Below, one piece after another: positions 44,327 through 59,699 of a stretch of DNA of 64,000 nt. This stretch comes from the human T2T-CHM13v2.0 reference genome, Homo sapiens. The first letter of the stretch is position 1, and every line of letters starts with the position of its first letter. Both the position numbers and the translations under genes were made by a program. A model generated the notes under the pieces. It did no database searches and was not told the origin of the DNA. It saw only the letters and a list, made by a program, of their open reading frames with translations. Location of the stretch: NCBI RefSeq assembly GCF_009914755.1, contig NC_060947.1, one strand, 5' to 3'.

Positions 44327-47300
44327 TTTTCTAAGACACATTGGATATTTATTTGAAGTTTTTCTTGTTTTATATGTAAGAGCTTATAGCTATAAACTTT
44401 CCTTTAGTTCTGCTTTTGCTGTATCTCATAAGCTTTGGTATGCTGTATTTCCATTATCTTATGTTTTCAGAAATTTAAAAATGTTCTTTTTTAATTACTT
44501 CCTTGACCCATTGGACATTCAGGGGCATATTATTTAAAAACCCTATGTTCATATCGTTTTCAAAATTCTCCTTGTTATTGATTTCAAGTTTTATTTCCAT
44601 GGTGGTCAGAGAAAGTACTTTATACTATTTCAATTCTTTGAATATTCTAAGAATTGTTTTGTGACCTAAACTTTACTCTACTTTGAAGAGTGATCATTGT
44701 GCTGACAAAAAGAATGTGTATTCTGCAATTGTTGCACAATCTTTTCTTTAAATATCTATTAGGTGCATTTGGTCTATATTGCAGATTAAGTCCATTTTTT
44801 TTGGTTAATTTTATGGCTAGATGATCTGTCCAATATTGACAATGTGGTGTTGAAGTCTTCAGCTCTAATTGTATTTGAATCTATCTCTTTGTCTATAATA
44901 ATATTTGCTTTATATATCTGGGTGCTCCAGTGTTGTGTTGAGTGCTTATATATTTACATTGTTCCTTTTAGTGAAAGTGATTTTCTCTCCTGGCATATTG
45001 TAATTTCCTGCTTTTATTTTTTTGTACCTGTTGTAATGCTTTTAGATTTGAGGTTGCCATGAAGCTTGCCCATACTATCTTACAACTCGTTATTTTAAAC
45101 AGATTAAAACTTAACCCTAATTGCATCAAAATAGATTAAAACTTAACCCTAATTGCATCAACAAAGTAACTAACAAAAAGTAAACTAATCTCAACCTTTT
45201 AACTTTGTCTCCCCACTTTTAAACTTGTTATTGTTTCTATTTATATTGTACTATATACATCTCAAAATGTTCTTGTAGTTATTATTTTTGATTGGTACAT
45301 CTTTTAGTCCTTCTACTTAAGATAAGTGTAGTTTACACACTACAATTACAGTGCTGTAATATTCTGTTTTTCTGTGTACTTACTATTATGAGCGAGTTTT
45401 ATACCATCAGATGATTTCTCACTGCTCATTAACATCCTTTCCTTTCAGATTGTGGAACTCCCTTTAGCATTTTTTTGTAGGACAGGTCTGGTATTGATGA
45501 AATTCTTCAGCTTTTGTTTTTCTGGGGATGTCTTTACTTCTACTTTATATTTGAAGACTATATAATATATATATTAACCTGATATACTATTCCAGGGTAA
45601 CTTTTTCCTTTCAGTACTTTAAATATGTTTTGCTACTCTCTCCTGGCCTGTAACGTTTCCACTGAATAGTCTGCCGCCAGACATATTGGACCTCCATTGT
45701 ATGTTATTTTTCTTTTCTCTTGCTGCTTTTGGGATCCTTCCTTTATTCTTGACCTGTGGAAATTTGATTATTAAATGCTTCGAGGTAGTCTTCCTTGGGT
45801 TAACTCTGCTTGGTGTTCCATAACCTTCTTGTATTTGAATGCTAATTTATTTCTTTAGGTTTGGAAACTTTTCTGAAATTATTATCCTATTGAATAACTT
45901 TTTATCTCTATATCTCGTTCTAACTCCTCCTTAAGATCATTAACTCTTAGGTTTGCCATTTTGAGGCTATTTTCCAGAACTTGTAGACATGCTACATTTT
46001 TAAAATTTTTTGTCTCTTTTGACTGTGTATTTTAAAATAGACTGTCTTCAAACTTAGTAATTTTTTCTTCTGCGAGATCAATTCTTTATTAAAAATTTTT
46101 AATTTAATTCATAAAACTCTTTAAAATTTTTGTGGGTACATAGTAGGTGTATATATTTAAGAGACATGCATTCTTAAGCATGTCAGTTGCTTTTTGACAA
46201 ATGCATGTCAGTGCATTTTACAAGTCTAGAATTTTGGCTTGAATCTTGTTAGTTATTTTAATTTATTTGTTAAATTTATCTAATAGAAGTCTGAACTCCT
46301 TTTCTATGTTATTTTCAATTTATTTGACTTGCCTCAAAACAGTTATTTATATTTTTCTGTCTAAATGGTCACACATCTCTGTTTCTTCAGGATTGTCCCC
46401 TGGTGCCTTATTTAGCTCATTTGAAAAAATCATGTTTTCTAGATGCTCTTGATGTTAATGAATGTTTGTCACTGCCTGGACATTGAAAAGTTATGTATTT
46501 ATTTTAGTCTTTGCAAGCTGGGCTTGTTTGTACCCATCCTTCTTGGGCAGGCTTTCCAAGTATTGGAAGGCACGTGGGTTTTGTATTCTATGTTTTTTGT
46601 CACTGCAGCCATATCTATATTAGGGGCTGCCATAAGCCCAGTAAAGTTTTATTTATTTATTTATTTATTGTAGACTTGTAGAGGCACCACTTTTGTAGTC
46701 TTGAATAAGATCCTGAAGATTTATTTGGGTCACTAGGCAGAAACTCCTGTTTTTTTCCTTACATTATCCCAAATATACAGTGTCTGCCATTGCTGAGATG
46801 TCTGGAGCTCGGGGAGGAGTGATACAAGTAACCCTATGGCCACGAACACTGGAACTGCACTAGGTCAGACCTGAAGAAAGCACAGCACTGGGTCTTGCCA
46901 AAGGGCAACATTAACCACTACCTGGCTATTGCCCATGTTCACTAAAGGCCCTAGGGCTCTACATTCAGCAGGTGGCATAGCCAGCCAGGCTCAAGTCTTT
47001 CCCTTTAGGGTGGTGAGTTCCCCCAGTCCCTGCATGAGTCCAGAGAAGCTGCCCAGAAGCCAGGGCCTAGAGTTGGAAAACTCAGGAATCTATCTATTGC
47101 TGTGTTCTATCAGCAGCTGAGCTGGCACCCAAGCCACAAGACAAAGTGTTTCTCATTCTTGCTGCCCCTTTCCACAAGCAGAGGATTTTCCCCCTATGTC
47201 CATCACCACCACAGGCCCATTAGGAGTATTGCCAGGGTACCAACAATGTTCATTTATGGCCTGAAGACTCTTCAGTCAGCTTGTGATGAATGCTGCCAGT

Positions 47301-48358
47301 GCTAGGCTCCGCTCTCACCTAGGGTAGGACCAGAGATGTTATCCAAGAGCCAAGGCCTGGAATTGGGGACCCCAAAAGCCTGTTTGGTGTTCTTCCCCTC
47401 TGTGGATGAGCTGATACCTAAGCTCAGGACAATGTCATCTTTACTCTTCCCTCTGTTTTTCTCAAGCAAAAAGGGCCACTCCTCATAGACACCACAGCTG
47501 TGATTATGCTGGGTCAGCCTGAGGCTAGCATGTCTCAGAGTCTCACTCAAGGCTCATGGTGTGTTCTACCTGGTTGTCACTGCTGATTTTTCAGGGACTA
47601 AGACCTCCCTAGCTAGCAGGTAATGAATCTTGCCAGCGCTTGGTCTTTTCCGTCAATGCAGTGGGTTCACTTCTGGCCCAGTGTATGTTGGAAATGCCAT
47701 CTGGGAGCTAGGGCCAGGAATGGGGGCCTAATGACTCTGCCCAGTGCTCTATCTTACTATGATTGAGCTGGTATCTAAGTTGCAAGACAAAGTTCTTTTT
47801 ACTCTTCCCTCTCCTCTCCTCGACAAGAAGGAAGAATGTCTTTCAGAGCTTTGAACTACGCTTTCTGGGGTTCGGGGAAAGGTGACAAATGTACTTCCTT
47901 AGCCATCCTGGCTGGTGTCTTACTGTGTCATATGCCACCCACCTTCCCAGTCCACTGGCTGTCAGCCCAGCATAGCTCTAGGACTTGCCTGGAAGTTGCA
48001 GTTCTTTTGGCCTATGAAAGCCTTTCAAGTTTATTTAGGATCTCAGAGCTCTTTAGCACACAACAGTGAGGCTTGCTTAAACTCAAGTTCCAACTACTGG
48101 CAATGGGCAATTGTCCTCTGGCAATGATTGATCTAAATGCTCCCTCTGTGGGCACCATCTGAGTTCTCCCTGGTGTTGGCAGCACTGTGTTCCAATGCAA
48201 AGTCCTCCAATCATTGTGCTCTCCCTCCCCAACATGCATAGATTCTTCGTTTGCACCTGCAGCCACTGCCAGAGGATGTAGGAGGGGTGGTATTGGCAAT
48301 TCAAGACTGTCTTTTCTACCTTCTTCAGTGCCTCTTTCAGTAATGTGAAGTAAAAACC
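44243..48358 (-). mobile_element. L1MA 5' half (ORF2 start region, ORF1, 5'UTR)
   Basis: Continues 36154-37044; deletion at ~44960; ORF1 remnant ~45480-46500; 5'UTR homologous to 1-1308; small L1MA 3' tip nested at ~46095-46160. Confidence 0.8.
45101..45161 (+). repeat. Perfect 29-bp tandem duplication (period 32)
   Basis: AGATTAAAACTTAACCCTAATTGCATCAA at 45101-45129 and 45133-45161. Confidence 0.95.
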
Positions 48359-48699
48359 AAAAGTAGTGACAAAATTATTTTAATATGTTATTTAATTAAA
48401 TTCACCTAAAATTTTGAATACTCATTTAATACTCATTGCTATCTTCTTTGAATCAACTTTTTCCAATGTAAAATTTAGAGATTTATCTGAGTATAATATT
48501 TTAATTTTCCATTAGTAGTATTATGTGCATGTGTGTGTATTATTACAACAATAATGAACAAATGCTGTTTTTCCTATCTGCTAGAATCTAATTGCATCTA
48601 TTTTATAGTTACATTTAAAAAATCTTAAAGCCCCTAAAGGATTTTTCAATCTATCTATAACTCTGATATATTTTCCTAGTTATCAGGAAGGCAAAGTGA

Positions 48700-48855
48700 C
48701 ATTGGAGAGAAAGTATAGATTTTTGTAGTCAGAAAATCAGTGTTTAAATGCTCTTTGTTTGAGTTACAATCTTTGTAACCTCAGTTATTTAATATCACTA
48801 AAACTAGGTTTCTTCACCCATAAGGTGTGGAAATTAATATCTAACTCCTGCATTC
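48700..48855 (+). mobile_element. MIR SINE
   Basis: TTGTAGTCAGAAAATCAGTGTTTAAAT...GTTATTTAATATCACTAAAACTAGGTTTCTTCACCCATAA. Confidence 0.5.
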
Positions 48856-48958
48856 TCTAATTGTTGGATTGGCCATTCTAATAAACAAAGCATTTGTCCA
48901 CTTTGCCACATGATTTGTGGATTCAATGATAATTAGCCTTCAAATATTTCTTCCATCG

Positions 48959-49491
48959 TGTATTAGTCAGGTTTCTCTAGAGGGACAGGACTAATAGGAT
49001 AGATGTATATATGAAAGGGAGTTTGTTAAGAAGTATTGACTCACACAATCACAAGGTGAAGTCCCACAATAGGTCATCTGCCAGCTGAAGAGCAAGAGAG
49101 ACAGTCTGAGTCCCAAAACCTCAAAAGTAGGGAAGCCAACAATGCAGCCTTCAGTCTGTGGACTAAGGCCTGAGAGCCCCTGTCAAACCACTGGTGTAGG
49201 TCCAAGAGTCCAAAAGCTGAAGAACTTGGATTCTGATGTTTGAGGCAGGAAGCATCCAGCACGGGAGAAAGATGGAGGCCAGAAGATTCAGCAAGTCTGC
49301 TCTTTCCATTCCTGCTTTTATGCTGGCAGCTTATTAGATGGTGCCCACCCAGATTGAGAGTGGGTCTGTCTCTCTCAGTCCACTAACTCAAATGTTAATC
49401 TTTTTTTGGCAACACTCTCACAGTCACACCCAGAAGCAATACTTTGCATCCTTCAATCCAATCAAGTTAACACTCAATATTAACCATCACA
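48959..49491 (-). mobile_element. Solo MLT2A (HERV-L) LTR
   Basis: TG...CA termini (TGTATTAGTCAGG...TTAACCATCACA); 5-bp TSD CATCG/CATAG. Confidence 0.9.
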
Positions 49492-49611
49492 CATAGCTAT
49501 CACCGTAGTGCTTAAAATTTCTATATTTACATATGAATTATTGATGATAAAACTTTTGAAGCTATCATCAGATAACAAATGTTTAGTTGAAATATTTTTG
49601 TCCTGTAAAAC

Positions 49612-49772
49612 CTTACTACTCAAACTGCTCCCAAATTAGCAGGCATGGACATCCCCATGGGGTTGTTATAAATGTAGAATTGCAGGCTCCAACCCAGCGC
49701 TACTCAATGAAAATATGCATTTTAGCAAGATACCAAGTGAGTCATATGCACATTAAAGTTTGAGAAGCACTT
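49612..49772. mobile_element. MER5-family hAT-Charlie MITE
   Basis: CTACTCAAA...ATGCATTTTAGCAAGATACCAAGTGAGTCATATGCACATTAAAGTTTGAGAAGCACT. Confidence 0.75.
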
Positions 49773-50372
49773 ATCTAAATGACTCCTGAAAAAATGGAAT
49801 ACTTTTGACATATGAAAGTGGTTCAAGTCTGGGCAAGAGAGAAGAGGATTACCATAGTAGAACACCTTGAACATTCAGCTGACAGCAGAAAAACAAAGAC
49901 ACCAAGGAGAGGAGACAGAAGGAGGGATCCAGAAGGGATATAAAACCTATTTCACAATTCCGCGGAAATATATATCTTTCATGACAAAAGAGAGTTAGTA
50001 ATGTGATGAAAAATACACACACACACAGAAAGCATAGCTTCAATGCTATGGGAACTATATTTCATTTTTATTTAAATCTTTATTGTTTCAAAAGAACAAT
50101 CTCTCATAAGCTTGTAAAACTTCCTGAGGCCCTAGGACTATGATCAAATTTACATGTTCACACTCATCCAGCAAAGCATAAAATTCCTTATTACTTCTAG
50201 TATATAAATCTAGGACATATTCTACCTTAAAAGACTTATTTTTGATAACTCATTGACATTAAGCTACACTTATTAAAAGAAAATTGATATCATCTAATCA
50301 ATGAAACATTTATTTTTGTATAAATCAAAACCTTTTTGAAGTTTTAATAATCATTCTATTTTATAGCAGAGC

Positions 50373-50454
50373 TCTTTCTTTCTCTTTCTTTCTTTTTCTT
50401 TCTTTCTTTCTTTTTCTTTCTTCTTTCTTTTCTTTCTTCTTCTTTTTTTTTTTT
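50373..50454. repeat. (TTTC)n / poly(T) pyrimidine tract
   Basis: Directly visible. Confidence 0.95.
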
Positions 50455-50907
50455 ACTTTAGTCCATGATGTGAATTAGTTCACTAGATGAGAACAAGTAA
50501 AAAATAATCAAACTTTGGAAGTGACCTTCAGAAGGTATACTTGAAGAAGTGCCAAGAAGCTTTCTGTTTTAATGATGATGTCTCAGTGATTCACAGCACG
50601 ATATCATAAGCATTACTTCTGGAGAAGGCATATCATCTTCTTTACTATTGTAAAATGGATAGAGTGTAAGAGTGTGAAGCAAGATAGAGCAAATAAGAAA
50701 ACATAGTATAGATCCTCTATTAATGACAACAGAATATATAGAAGCCATATGAGTTCATACAATTGTATTTCTATATATCTATGTATTTATAGAAACCATA
50801 GATTTCCAGTGTATACTTTAATAAGTTTTGTAGTTCCAAAGGAGTTATCCTGATAGCAGTACATTCACAGGCAATTTTATTATTTGCAGATTAGTGAAAG
50901 TAGTTAC

Positions 50908-51830
50908 ATCTTTTCAACAAATATATCATATATCACCTACTATGCTCAAGTAACTGAGCTAAGCATTGTGGAGTGTACAAATTCTCTAAGAAAAAGCCTT
51001 TATGCGACGAGGGTCTAATAGGGGTGATGCATTTCATTCTAACACAAGGTATAAGTGCTTTAAAAGAAATGTTTCAGGAGTTCTCAGAGTGAGAAATCAG
51101 TTCTAGCTTGGGAGAAGTCCAAGAGCACAATGGAAGAAGTGGACTTGGAATAAAACCTTTAAAATAAAGATTGTAATTGGCAGACATATCAGGAGATGAC
51201 ATTCTAAGCTGAAATAATAGTATGTACAGAGAAACAGGAAAGGTAGATAATATTTCAGGAACAGCTATAGCCCTGTTTATGTGTAGGGTATAAGGGTGAG
51301 AAAGGGCTGGAAAAGTGTATTGAGACAATAGTTTTTAAACCAATTTACACATCAAAATCTTCTGGGGTACTTTTAATAATATTAAAATTCTGGGTCCCAT
51401 TTCCAGAGTTTTCGATTCAGGATGTCTGGAATGGGGACCCCGGAAATGTTTTTTTGTTGCAAATGCTCTCCCAGGTGATCTGAGGCCCAGTGTTTTGAAT
51501 CCACTGAGTTAGGGACAGAATGCAAAGGTGGATAGACACTGAAGCAATTTAAGAAAGACTACTCTGGCCTTCATGATCAGAAAGTTTTGGAGAGCAAAAA
51601 TGGTATAAGCACAAATATTAAAATTGCCCAACTGTAAGACAACAGCCCATAATTGTGAGTAGCAACAATGGAAATGTAAAGGAACATCATGATGTGTGAG
51701 GCATTGCTCAAAAGAAGGATAAAATGTAGTAACTGATTGGAGGTAAGAGAAGTCTTGGGAGAAGACAAGATCAATGATGATTATGAAATTCAAGTTTAGG
51801 TGGCTGAATGAACAGAAACACCATTAATCT
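50908..51830 (-). mobile_element. L2 remnant interrupted by MER5A
   Basis: TTCAACAAATAT...CACCTACTATG...GCTAAGCATTG 3' end; purine-rich L2-like body. Confidence 0.6.
51329..51506. mobile_element. MER5A hAT-Charlie MITE
   Basis: ATTCTGGGTCCCATTTCCAGAGTTTTCGATTCAG...CTCCCAGGTGATCTGA...TTTGAATCCACTG. Confidence 0.75.
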
Positions 51831-51874
51831 AACTTAGAACATAAAAATTCTCTTCTTTATTAAGAGAAAATCTA

Positions 51875-52105
51875 ATATAAGCCTTTCCAGACACCTCTGG
51901 ATTTAGGTTAAATTTCCCTATTATACAGTGTTATAGAACCATATACCTTTCCTTGCAGTGCATCTAATAATGTAACTTTATATTAAATTGTATGGCAATT
52001 GTATTAATATCTATGTGACTTCCTATACTATGAAGTCTATAACAACAGGGAACCACAATATCTGGTGCATCTTAGACACTGAATATGCATTTTGTTGATT
52101 CAACT
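51875..52105 (+). mobile_element. L2 3' fragment
   Basis: AAGCCTTTCCAGAC...TACTATGAAGTCTATAACAACAGGGA...TATCTGGTGCAT; low identity. Confidence 0.45.
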
Positions 52106-52141
52106 TTTTCATCTAAGTGGATAAGTAGACAAATAGATGAC

Positions 52142-54785
<2,644 letters not shown>

Positions 54786-54886
54786 AGGAATAATTTTCAA
54801 CCCAACATGTGCTGTGCCTTTATGTTTCTTTTCTATTCTTCTTGTAACTTAACAATTTTTTCTTTAGCTCACCTTTTGTTTTCCCA

Positions 54887-55242
54887 TACTGTTGGGTCTG
54901 AATATTTTTTCCTTCCAAAATTTATATGTTTAAAGTTTTTCTCCAAGATATTAGAAGATGGGGCATTTGGGAGGTGATTAGTGTAGGAGGGCTCTGCCTT
55001 TGTGAATGGAATGAATGCCCTTATGAAAAACAGCCTCAGAGAGCTGCTCTCCTTTCCACCATGTGAGGACACATAAAAGGAACAAGCTATGAGAAACAGG
55101 CATTCACCAGACACCGAATCTTTTGGCACCTTGATCGTGGACCTCCCACTCTTCAGAACTGTAAGCAGTAAAGTTCAATTATTTATAAATTACCCAGTCT
55201 AAGTAAGGCATTTTTGTATAGAAGCCTGAATAGACTAAGACA
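54887..55242 (+). mobile_element. MLT1A/MLT1A0-like solo MaLR LTR
   Basis: GGGCATTTGGGAGGTGATTAG...CACCATGTGAGGACACA...GGCACCTTGATC...AATAGACTAAGACA. Confidence 0.85.
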
Positions 55243-55717
55243 TTTACCTTGCCATAGATAGCTAAAAAAAGACAACTAGCATGTTTAATATTGTATCTAG
55301 AAATGCCATTAGCCAGAGCCATGAGTTAGTTTATTTATGCATATATCCTATTATTCAAGTTTACTGAAGTAATATTTTGCTAATGGTTCTGTTACCATAT
55401 AACACGGATTACTCTTTGTTCCAGATTTAAATAATAGTTCTTCACTGTTTTTCCAGTTTTCACTATCTGATTAGCACTCCTCAAGTCTTTGCTAGCAGAT
55501 TCCACTGTTTTTCTAGACTTCGCCTGCAGCCTGGTCCTATAAATAATTTCTTATGTTTTAGAGTTTTATTACAACATCACCATGTTTTTACATACAAATT
55601 TCTATATGTTATCTATTGTTAAGTAATAATCACCTTGAAAGTTACTGGCTTAAAACATAAATATATACAAACTAACATTTCTATTATCACAAAAGACAAC
55701 TTTGTATACTTTTTTGC

Positions 55718-57067
55718 TCATACATCCTCTGAAATCTAGGTGGAGGTTCCCTAACCTCAATTCTTGACTTCTACACACTCGCATGACCCACATCACGTGG
55801 AAGCTGCCAAGGGTTGGGGCTTGAACCCTCTGAAGCAATGGCCTGAGTTGTACCTTGGCTCCTTTTAGCCACTGCTGGAGCTGAAGCAGCTAGGATGCAG
55901 GACATCTTATCCCAAGGCTCCACAGAGAAGGAGGGTCCTGGGCCTGGCTCGGAAACCATTTTTCCCTCCTGGCCTCCAGGTCTGCGATGGGAGGGGCTGC
56001 TGTGAAGGTCTCTGACATGTGCTGGAGACATTTTCCCCATTCTCTTTGCAATTAGCATTTGGCACCTCATTACTTTTATTATTTATTTATTTATTTTGAG
56101 ACACAGTCTCACTTTGTCACCCAGGCTGGAGAGCAGTGGTGCATTCTTGGCTCACTGCAACATCCACCTCCTGGGTTCAAGTGATTCTCCTGCCTCAGCC
56201 TCCTGAGTAGCTGGGACTGCAGGTGCATGTCACTATGCCTAGCTAATATTTGTATTTTTAATAGAGATGGTTTTTCACCATGTTGGCCAGGCTGTCTTGA
56301 ACTCCTGACCTCAAGTTATCTGCCTGCCTTTGGCTATTAGGGTGCTGGGATTACAGGCATGAGCCACCATGCCCATTCTGTTCTTCATTACTTCTGCAAA
56401 TTTCCCCCCAGAAAATGAGTTTCTCTTTTCTATTGCATCATCAGGCTGCAAATTCTCCAAACTTTTATATTCTGCTTCCCTTTTAAACATAAGTTCCAAT
56501 TCCAAATCATATCTTTGTGAACACATAAAACTGAATGCTTTTAAGAGCACCAAAGCCACCTCTTGGTTGCTTTGCCATTTAGAAATATTTTCCACCATAT
56601 ACTCTAAATCATCTTCCTCAAGTTCAAAGTTCCACAGATCTCTAGGGGAGGGGCAATATGCCACCAGTCTGTTTGCTAAAACACAGCAAGAGTCACCTTT
56701 AATGCAGTTCCCAACAAGTTCCTCATCTCCATCTGAGACCACCTGATCCTGGACTTCATTGTCCATATCACTATCAGCATTTTAGTCAAAGCCATTCACC
56801 AAGTCCCTGGAAGTTCCAAACTTTCCCACATCTTTCTCTCTTCTGATTCCCTCCAAGTCTCTATGATGTTCCAAACTTTCCCATATTTTTCTGTCTTCTT
56901 CTGAGCCCTCCAAACTGTTTCAACTTCTGCCTGTTTCCCAGTTCCAAAGTTGCTTCCACATTTTTGGGTATCCTTACAGCAGCACCCCACTCTCTGCAGT
57001 ACCAATTTACTGTGTTAGTCGGTTCTCATGCTGCTATAATAAACTGTCTGAGACTGCGTAATTTATA
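55718..57067 (-). mobile_element. MST/THE1 MaLR internal fragment plus LTR end (57011-57067)
   Basis: ORF remnant MDNEVQDQVVSDGDEELVGN...PRDLWNFELE typical of MaLR internal sequence; ACCAATTTAC|TGTGTTAGTC internal/LTR junction. Confidence 0.9.
56075..56378 (-). mobile_element. Alu (S/J) inserted in MaLR internal
   Basis: Full dimer; TSD-like TCATTACTT on both sides. Confidence 0.9.
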
Positions 57068-57448
57068 CAATTAACAATGAGAAGACGTATAACCTGTGAA
57101 ACAATGTGCAAAATGTATTTTAATAGACATTTCTTCACATATATTCAAAAGACCAATAAGCACTATTAAAAGATGCTTAACATCTTAGTTATTAAAATGC
57201 AAATCAAAACCAAAATGAAATATTACTTTGTATCTACTAGGATGGCTATGATTTAAAAAAGAAACAATAACAAGTTTGTTCAGAGTGTTGAGAGTTTGGA
57301 GCCTTCATACATTGGTGGTGAGAATGTGAAATGGTGCAGCCATTTTGGCAAACAATTTTTCAGTTATTCAAAAGTAAACATAGTTACCATATGTCTCATA
57401 AATTCCATATGTGTGTGTGTGTGTGTGTGTTATATGTACACACACATA

Positions 57449-57777
57449 CAGTTTTCCTTCTATAGCTGTGAGTTCTGCATTCATGGATTCAACAAAACAC
57501 AGACTGAAAATATTATTGGAAAAATGGATGACCGCATCTGCATTAAACATGTGTAGATTTTTCTTTTCATAATTCCCTAAAGAATACAGTATAAAAAGTA
57601 TTTATATAACTTTTACATTCTATTGGCTATTAGAAGTAATCTAGAGATTATTTAGAGTATACTGGAGGATATGCATAGATTATATATAAATATCACATGA
57701 TCTTATGTAAGGAACTTGAGCATTGATAAATTATGGTAATTTCAGTGGGTTCTAGAACTAATCTTCCAAGGATACTG
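57449..57777. mobile_element. MER2 (TcMar-Tigger) DNA transposon
   Basis: TA|CAG...CTG|TA termini; GTTCTGCATTCATGGATTCAAC and AGTAATCTAGAGATTATTTAGAGTATAC. Confidence 0.85.
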
Positions 57778-57795
57778 TATGTATGTATATGTGTG

Positions 57796-57844
<49 letters not shown>

Positions 57845-57878
57845 GCCCATACACACACATACATGCACACATACACAT
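57778..57878. repeat. Compound (TG)/(TA)/(CA) microsatellite
   Basis: Directly visible; a (TG)n run at 57409-57430 flanks the other side of MER2. Confidence 0.9.
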
Positions 57879-58439
57879 AATCTTGTCTCTCTGTCTATAT
57901 ATAACATATATATAAATTTAAAAATGTATTAACATAAAAATTCACACACAAATGTTCACAACAGCATAATTTCCAATAGTCTAAAAATGAAAACAAGCCA
58001 AGTGTCCAGTTGATCAATGTATAAACAAAATATGGTATATCCATACAATGGAATGTTGTTTGGTCATAAAAAATAAAAATGAAATACTGATACATGTTAT
58101 AACATGCATGAACCTAGAAAACATTGTGGCAATTTCAAGAAGCCAAGCTTCCAAAACCCACATATTGTTTGATCCTATTTATATTTAATGTCCAGGATTG
58201 GAAAATTCATCAAGATCAAAAGTAGATTGGTGTTTATAAGAGATTGAAGAAATAGAGAGTGAAGAGTGGCTCTTAGTGAGCATGAATTTTGGTTTGGGGG
58301 AAATTAACATATTCTGAAACTAGATAGTAGTGATAAATGAACAACTCTGTGAGTATAATAAAAACACCATTTGCAGATTTTAAAAACGGTACATTTATAG
58401 TACGTCACTAACATATTTATAAAAATAATTAAAAATCAA

Positions 58440-59370
58440 TTTCACATAAAACAGAAATGTATAGTCTTAAATGTAGAATTTAAAAAAGGAGAAATGCTAA
58501 AATCCAAGAAGTTATGCATGCATTTTATAAAAATTAAAAATAAAACTACAAGTTAAACCCAAAATATAAAGAAAATAACATTAGGAATTGTAATTAATGA
58601 CATAGAAAACAAACATAAAATAGAGGATCAGTAATCTAAAAGTTTTTTTCTTTTTGAGGATTAATACAATTATTGAATGTTGATTATATCTATAGAGGAG
58701 AAATGAAGGCCTACGTAAGAAAGATGAATTTTACAGATTTCAAATACTAATATATCAAAAAGATTCTAACTGGTTACTAAGAACATCTTTATTCAAATAA
58801 ACTTGAGAATTTTAGATGAAATAACCAAGATTTTTGAAAAATACTACCAAAAAACAGCACACTCTTGAAGAAGGTAAAGATGGGCTAACTTTTTGTACTA
58901 GATATTTACAGCTATAACATTTAAGGTATGTTGACTTAAAAGTCAGAATGAAGGTTACTTTTTGGGAAAAAGGAGGAAATAGTGATTGGAAAGAGGCTTG
59001 AAGGAGTCTTCCGGAATGCTGATAATTTTCAGTTTTTTTACTTGATTAGTGGTTACAAAGTGTTTATTTGTGACAATTTATTTTGTTGTTCATTTACATT
59101 TTGGCCATGTGTACTATAGTTTCATTAAAATAATTTTTAAAAAATTCTATTACAACATGGTTACTATAGTTAATGTATTGTGTGCTTGAAATTTGCTAAA
59201 AGAGTATATCTCAAGTATTCTCACTACTAAATAAAAAGAGTATATGTGAGGTTACAAATACATTAATTAGCTTGATTGTGGTAATCATTTCACAATATAT
59301 ATGTATATCAAATCATCACATTGTACACCTTAAATATGTACAATTTTTATTTGTCAATCTTAATAAATGT
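58440..59370 (+). mobile_element. Mosaic of old L1 fragments (ORF2 piece, L1ME 3' end, L1MA8/9-like 3' tip at ~59150-59370)
   Basis: TACAACATGGTTACTATAGTTAAT...GAAATTTGCTAAAAGAGTA...AGCTTGATTGTGGTAATCATTTCAC. Confidence 0.6.
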
Positions 59371-59634
59371 AAAAGAAATCTACAGAGAACTTTAGAAAAT
59401 AACGAAATCACTCACTGTAAAGTCATTTGAAATTATTCTTGTGTAAGAGTGATCTAGTCAATAAATTATTACGGAGTCAGACTCATTTATTTCAGTATAT
59501 TTTTCATTTTTAGTTATTTTTTACCTTTCTTTTCACTAAATTGTATCTCAAATATATAAAGCATTTGTATATTTCCAAATTGAAGTCATGCATTAATTTG
59601 CATATTCCAAAATTAAAATTATATATGAAGAAAT

Positions 59635-59687
59635 ATTTCCTCACTCATTTTGTGTAAAATTTCCTCACTCATTTTGTGTAAAATTTC
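59635..59687 (+). repeat. Perfect 24-bp tandem duplication
   Basis: ATTTCCTCACTCATTTTGTGTAAA twice, plus ATTTC. Confidence 0.95.
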
Positions 59688-59699
59688 TTATACAAATTT

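Larger units (their letters stand above)
57075..58440 (+). mobile_element. Old L1 (L1MB/ME) 3' portion interrupted by MER2 and microsatellites
   Basis: AAATGCAAATCAAAACC, TGGTGGTGAGAATGTGAAATGGTGCAGCC; 3'UTR CTGAAACTAGATAGTAGTGAT. Confidence 0.7.

Noticed and set aside
50565-50640. Box C-like ATGATGA (possible C/D snoRNA)
   Set aside because: No box D CTGA or terminal stem at an appropriate distance.
56311-56766. 151-aa minus-strand ORF as a host or domesticated gene
   Set aside because: Standard MaLR-internal remnant that runs into Alu sequence (MVAHACNPS); no evidence of integrity or selection.
56810-56920. Tandem repeat GTTCCAAACTTTCCCA...CCCTCCAA
   Set aside because: Appears to be a feature of MST/THE1 internal sequence rather than locus-specific; low value.
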